From: a virus
Lineage: Duplodnaviria > Caudoviricetes
IMG/VR virus record: IMGVR_UViG_3300017707_000587
Coordinates: 1-29,904 of that record
DNA length: 29,904 nt
Reading direction: 5' to 3' (one strand)
Part shown: positions 25,890-29,904 of the stretch, piece after piece
Layout: each line of letters starts with the position of its first letter
Position numbering within the stretch: the first letter of the stretch is position 1
Position numbers and translations under genes: made by a program
Notes under the pieces: model-generated
The model's database searches: none
Seen by the model: only the letters and a program-made list of their open reading frames with translations
What the model was told of the DNA's origin: nothing

Positions 25890-25897
25890 CAAATATA
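25890..25897 (-). promoter_or_regulatory. TATATTTG -7 promoter element
   Basis: Exact TAnnTTTG 21 nt upstream of ATG 25868, adjoining the capsid-gene terminator. Confidence 0.55.
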
Positions 25898-25927
25898 AAA
25901 AAAGCCCCCTATTTACGGAGGCTCTTT
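25897..25927 (-). terminator. Rho-independent terminator after the major capsid gene
   Basis: Minus strand AGCCTCC-GTAAATA-GGGGGCT followed by a T run. Confidence 0.75.
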
Positions 25928-25947
25928 CATTATTTATTTAGACCCGA

Positions 25948-27228
25948 TTACGTTGCAGGGTCAAGTGCAACGATTGCATCGGTGATATCACCGTACACGA
26001 TAGCCTTTTTGTGGTTTGACTTAACGTACATCGCAACACGTGCTTCAGCAAGGATTGTCACCAAGTTCTTAGTGAAGTCGTCGTTCTCATATCCGATCTG
26101 GATATTAACGTCTTCACGAACTCGGAAATTGATCTTGCTCGAATCAGCAACGATGAACTTGTCAACAGTCAGCCAAGGAGAAGATACCACAGTAAGACCT
26201 GCGATGTTTGGAGTGCCGGGCAAAGAAACAGGGAACAGGTACTGTCCGTTTGTGTCTTTTGTAAGTTTCAACTTAATAACATCTTCTGGATTGAGGATAA
26301 CGATGTTAGGCATAAAACCAGCAGGGCGACCAGAAATAACCTCAGCAGTCATGATCTGCGATGCAGCAGCATTTACAACGTCGTAAATATTCGCGTCTGC
26401 AATTGTATTCGCAAAGTTACCAGCAGAGAATGCTGTCGATACGTTTGTCGTGTCGTTCAAGCCTGCAAGATCAGGAGCAACTCCAGTGCCTTCGAGAACG
26501 CTGTCCGTGATCTTGTTCATGATCAATGTCATGAGTTCGCCGTTGATTACTGTGCTGAGTTCGTTGATGTCTGCCAAAGATTCCTTAGATACTTTGATGT
26601 AATCTGTGATCTTACGTGCATCTGCTTTTGCCTCAACGAAATCGAAATCCATCTGAGTTTTAGCAGAACCTTCAGAAGTCCAACCTGCTCCGCCGTCGTT
26701 GTTTTTCATTTCAGCATAAACAACGTAAGAACCAGTCATAGTTCCACGATTCAAATACTGAATGATATTAGGTGTTGCAGATGGAGTTACTGTAATTCCC
26801 GGCTCGATGTCTGCCAACAGGATAGAGATACCGTTAGTACCTACCGCATCCACGTTTGAAGTTGTGAATGTTCCTGCCGCTTTCAAATTCAGGTCAAACG
26901 AAGCGTTTGCAGATTTGTTTTTACCGAAGTTCTGAAGGTCAGCCTTCTTAGCTTCTAGTGATTCAGAAATCTGATCGCGTACCGATTTGCCTTTGATGGA
27001 TTTACCTTTTTCCATCTTAGCCTCGATAGACGCGCTGAGTTCGTCGAACGCTGTTTTGATCGCGTCGATCTGTGTTTTTGTCATAGCCTCAGCCGCTTTT
27101 GTTACAAGGGTCTGAAACTCTTCGGAATTTTTGAAAGCGTCGATCTTAGCCTGAGCGCCTTCTGCCGACTTCTTTTCGATGTCAGCAAGCAATGCAGCCT
27201 TTTCTGCTGCGATTTGTTCTGGTGTCAT
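25948..27228 (-). CDS. Major capsid protein, HK97 fold (start probably ATG 27228)
   Basis: N-terminal coiled delta-domain; GWTSEG..K, VSKESL.D, PNIVILNPED..KLKLTKD.NGQYL, DDFTKNLVTILAEAR. Confidence 0.95.
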   Translation of the reverse strand: MTPEQIAAEKAALLADIEKKSAEGAQAKIDAFKNSEEFQTLVTKAAEAMTKTQIDAIKTAFDELSASIEAKMEKGKSIKGKSVRDQISESLEAKKADLQNFGKNKSANASFDLNLKAAGTFTTSNVDAVGTNGISILLADIEPGITVTPSATPNIIQYLNRGTMTGSYVVYAEMKNNDGGAGWTSEGSAKTQMDFDFVEAKADARKITDYIKVSKESLADINELSTVINGELMTLIMNKITDSVLEGTGVAPDLAGLNDTTNVSTAFSAGNFANTIADANIYDVVNAAASQIMTAEVISGRPAGFMPNIVILNPEDVIKLKLTKDTNGQYLFPVSLPGTPNIAGLTVVSSPWLTVDKFIVADSSKINFRVREDVNIQIGYENDDFTKNLVTILAEARVAMYVKSNHKKAIVYGDITDAIVALDPAT

Positions 27229-27357
27229 TTTATGAGTAATTGATAAGTGATACAATAGTTGTTTTCACTCACTTCATTACTCTTAGGCGCGGCTCATATT
27301 GAGTGCGCGTTCGCGTGGATGCTGTGTAGTATGGGCGCTAATTTACGAAAATGTTTT

Positions 27358-28206
27358 TTACTTCCGCAAATTTTCACGTAAAAAAGAATAGTCGATGCCT
27401 TTTCCCTCAATAGTCGGCTCTGGTTCAATTCCCTTTTTCAAGTCTTTGAACTCCACGTTATCCATCAAATCGGAAATAAACTGCTTTAACTGCAACGCCT
27501 GAGCTTCAATCTGCATCATCATATCGTCGGTCTGTGTACCATTGCGCAACACGTTCTCGAATTTCTTCAGCCTGTTATCAAGTTCAAGTAATGTTGTGTC
27601 CTTCTGCATTCCCGACTTCATACCCAGAAAAGGTGTAAGCATATTCGCGCCGAACGCAACCGTTGACCCCTCCCATAGTTTGATTTCTTTGCAGATGTAA
27701 ACGCGCTGTTTACCTGCTAGGTCTTTCGGGTTCTGCAACCACGTCAGCATTTCATCCCACTTCGGCGTATTAATCTCCACCGCTTGCATCTTTTCCCAGA
27801 TGTACTGAAATCCGATAGAATGGTTGTCGTACACGCCACCAATGTAATTTTTCAGCGTGTCGTTTCCGAGTTCTGTGTCAGCCATTTTCGTTTCAAAATA
27901 GATGCCAGAAAACCCGTCGACTTCACGTTCATCTAGTACCTGAATTTTCCCCACCAACTGAGCGAAGTCATGATTGAGGCAATGCTTAATTTTTGCGACT
28001 GCATTAGAATCAGCGCCGCGTTCCTTAATTGATTTCTTAGCGCACCCAGATACTAGGATGTCTGAATCCGAATCGACTACATTAAAAGTCGAGAAAAAGC
28101 CCGTAACTATACGCGCTGTGGGGTCGATGTCTTTAACAGCAAGCTCGCCGCCAAATGATTTTACCGCGTAGTGCTGGGATGCTTTTTTCTTTTCTTCTGC
28201 TGACAT
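27358..28206 (-). CDS. HK97-family prohead protease
   Basis: GFFSTFNVVDSDSD, LNHD....VGK, HSIGF, LWEGSTVAFGAN. Confidence 0.92.
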   Translation of the reverse strand: MSAEEKKKASQHYAVKSFGGELAVKDIDPTARIVTGFFSTFNVVDSDSDILVSGCAKKSIKERGADSNAVAKIKHCLNHDFAQLVGKIQVLDEREVDGFSGIYFETKMADTELGNDTLKNYIGGVYDNHSIGFQYIWEKMQAVEINTPKWDEMLTWLQNPKDLAGKQRVYICKEIKLWEGSTVAFGANMLTPFLGMKSGMQKDTTLLELDNRLKKFENVLRNGTQTDDMMMQIEAQALQLKQFISDLMDNVEFKDLKKGIEPEPTIEGKGIDYSFLRENLRK

Positions 28207-28254
28207 GGCTTTGTTTTCTTAGTAAGTGATTCTGATAGTCTTTCCTGAAATGGT

Positions 28255-29619
28255 TTATTGGTTGTTGTTCTCATTTGGTTGCGCTGTTACGCGTTCTCCG
28301 ATTAGACTGTTTGCCTCTAAAATATCGTATTCGTGCGTCATGATAAGCATCTGAACAGCCGCTTCGCGTGTCATTGTTCCGCGTTGTACTGCGTCATTTA
28401 GCTTAATAACGGTATCAACCTCCGTACTGATTGCGCTTGCTTCGGCTTGCTCCGCTTGATGTTCCTTCAGTTCATCGTTTTTCATTACAGGCAACCAGTC
28501 GTAATCCGCACAAAGTGTTTCACCTTCTTTGAATAGCTGTTTGAAAAAAGGATCGGTTTGAAAAGTGTTACACACCCAATCGGCAAACGGCTGAATCGTA
28601 TTCTGATAAGTACCGATCATGGCTTGCTTCATATTTTCATACGTCGCCCCTTTAGTTGAAGGGAACAGATCGCGAGCCATTCCGTATGAACCGCATATCA
28701 CTTGCGTATCTTCCTCAATTTCCTCAAATAACAACAAGTCCCTTGTCGGATATGTCATTGGTGTGTACTTCAAAGAGGCGTTCGTTACTATTGTCCGCGC
28801 TTGTTCGTCCTGTATTCCGTATTCGCGACGCATCTGCTTTTCAATCTCTAATTTTTCGTCTTTGCCTAGAGGAATAGCGCCTACGTTATCTTTCGATTCC
28901 GACGACAAAATACCCAGCGCTCCACGATCAAAGATGATACAGTTCCGCGTTCTGTAAGCCCCGACAATATTACTAAGCGGCTTCTGAAGCGTTACGATCT
29001 TGCTTTCACCGACGATGTACTTGTTCGATATGCCCTTTGTAAGGTGCATAATCTCTGATGGCTTAAACTTGCGCTCAACGCCTCCTGATTCAATGTCACG
29101 CAATACATACGAATCAATAATATCTTCTAGTTTGAACTGATCCCAAATTTTACCAGTTGGCAATACGCTCATATTAGCTGGCGGTAACTGCCATAACGCA
29201 CGGGGTATATTTGTTAATCTTATTTCAGGCGCAAGTATTCGGATAAAGCCCTGATTATACAATGAATCATAAATTGATAACATTGTCATGAACTGCTCAC
29301 GCGATTGTATCGGGTTCGGGTTGTCCAGAATCTTAATCATCTGGTGATTCTCTACTTCCTTGCCGTTTTTGTCTTTAACGTAAAATCGTGCGTTTGCGAA
29401 CATCTCCGCTTTCATGTCAATGACCATTCGCAATTGCGGAACAGCCATGTACACTCCGAGTACGTTGTCAACGTCAACCCATACAGGGTTGTTTTTGTTC
29501 AGTATGTAGTTCTGTGAATAAGAAAGCGACGGACTGCCGCTGAATATCTGCCGAAAACGGGAAAACCATCCCATTATTCCAGAGCCGTTTATGTTGTAAA
29601 ATGGAGCTTCAGCCGCCAT
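28255..29619 (-). CDS. HK97-family portal protein
   Basis: ILDNPNPIQSREQF, LWQLP, EIMH, GESKI..L, GALGIL, ATYEN; lies between terminase and protease. Confidence 0.92.
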   Translation of the reverse strand: MAAEAPFYNINGSGIMGWFSRFRQIFSGSPSLSYSQNYILNKNNPVWVDVDNVLGVYMAVPQLRMVIDMKAEMFANARFYVKDKNGKEVENHQMIKILDNPNPIQSREQFMTMLSIYDSLYNQGFIRILAPEIRLTNIPRALWQLPPANMSVLPTGKIWDQFKLEDIIDSYVLRDIESGGVERKFKPSEIMHLTKGISNKYIVGESKIVTLQKPLSNIVGAYRTRNCIIFDRGALGILSSESKDNVGAIPLGKDEKLEIEKQMRREYGIQDEQARTIVTNASLKYTPMTYPTRDLLLFEEIEEDTQVICGSYGMARDLFPSTKGATYENMKQAMIGTYQNTIQPFADWVCNTFQTDPFFKQLFKEGETLCADYDWLPVMKNDELKEHQAEQAEASAISTEVDTVIKLNDAVQRGTMTREAAVQMLIMTHEYDILEANSLIGERVTAQPNENNNQ

Positions 29620-29657
29620 GAAGTCGAGAATTTAGGTACGAACATACGAAAAAAATA

Positions 29658-29904
29658 TCAAACGAATAAATGTGGCATAAAAGATCGACACATTACAGTT
29701 AATCCCGACAAAGCATCTGGAGCGTCATCATGCTTATTTTTCGTCTGGTCGCGGTTGTAATCGAATATCCCTTGTAAGAATCGCTCATAATCCGATCCTG
29801 AAGGTATGTCGGCATCGTCTAATAGGTAAACGTATTGGACGGTAAATAATCGCTGGTCTAATATGCGCGTATGCTTATTCGTGTTGTTATTAACCGCTAG
29901 TATC
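29658..29904 (-). CDS. terL: Terminase large subunit, C-terminal fragment (missing from the ORF track)
   Basis: Manual translation ...TNKHTRI...KNKHDDAPDALSGL...; the HDDAPDAL nuclease motif lies directly upstream of the portal gene. Confidence 0.85.
   Translation of the reverse strand, partial: ILAVNNNTNKHTRILDQRLFTVQYVYLLDDADIPSGSDYERFLQGIFDYNRDQTKNKHDDAPDALSGLTVMCRSFMPHLFV

Noticed and set aside
6319-29517. Many + strand ORFs and nested alternate-frame minus ORFs (e.g. 7081, 10492, 12998, 16356, 20195, 20332, 22442, 23351, 25982, 28619)
   Set aside because: They are shadows of tightly packed, recognisable minus-strand structural genes.
1-29904. Stop-codon reassignment, tRNA genes, integrase or att sites
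   Set aside because: Genes are full length and densely packed in the standard code. No cloverleaf or recombinase was recognised, so lifestyle cannot be determined from this window.

Overview
A 29.9-kb segment of a tailed dsDNA phage with an HK97-type head and a tape-measure tail (siphovirus-like). TTTG-N20/21-TAnnTTTG promoter motifs suggest a Bacteroidota host. From 29904 to 5788 the minus strand carries a morphogenesis and lysis module: terminase C-terminus, portal, prohead protease, capsid, neck genes interleaved with three glycosyltransferases and a methyltransferase, tail tube, tape measure, tail tip, a LamG + SGNH-esterase receptor-binding protein, DUF5675 and holins. Bases 1-5750 are an early region split by divergent promoters: SNF2-like helicase, HTH, YqaJ-like exonuclease, a ribbon-helix-helix candidate and VRR-NUC. 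The most striking signal is at 3700-5745. Three small ORFs are each bracketed by their own 15-16 bp GTTA.../...TAAC inverted repeat and preceded by an attC-like TAAC-hairpin-GTTA site. They form two mini-arrays, both ending in the same ~57-bp structured sequence. This looks like an integron-like gene-cassette system in a phage, with no recombinase in the window. All calls come from reading the sequence by eye; no database searches were run.
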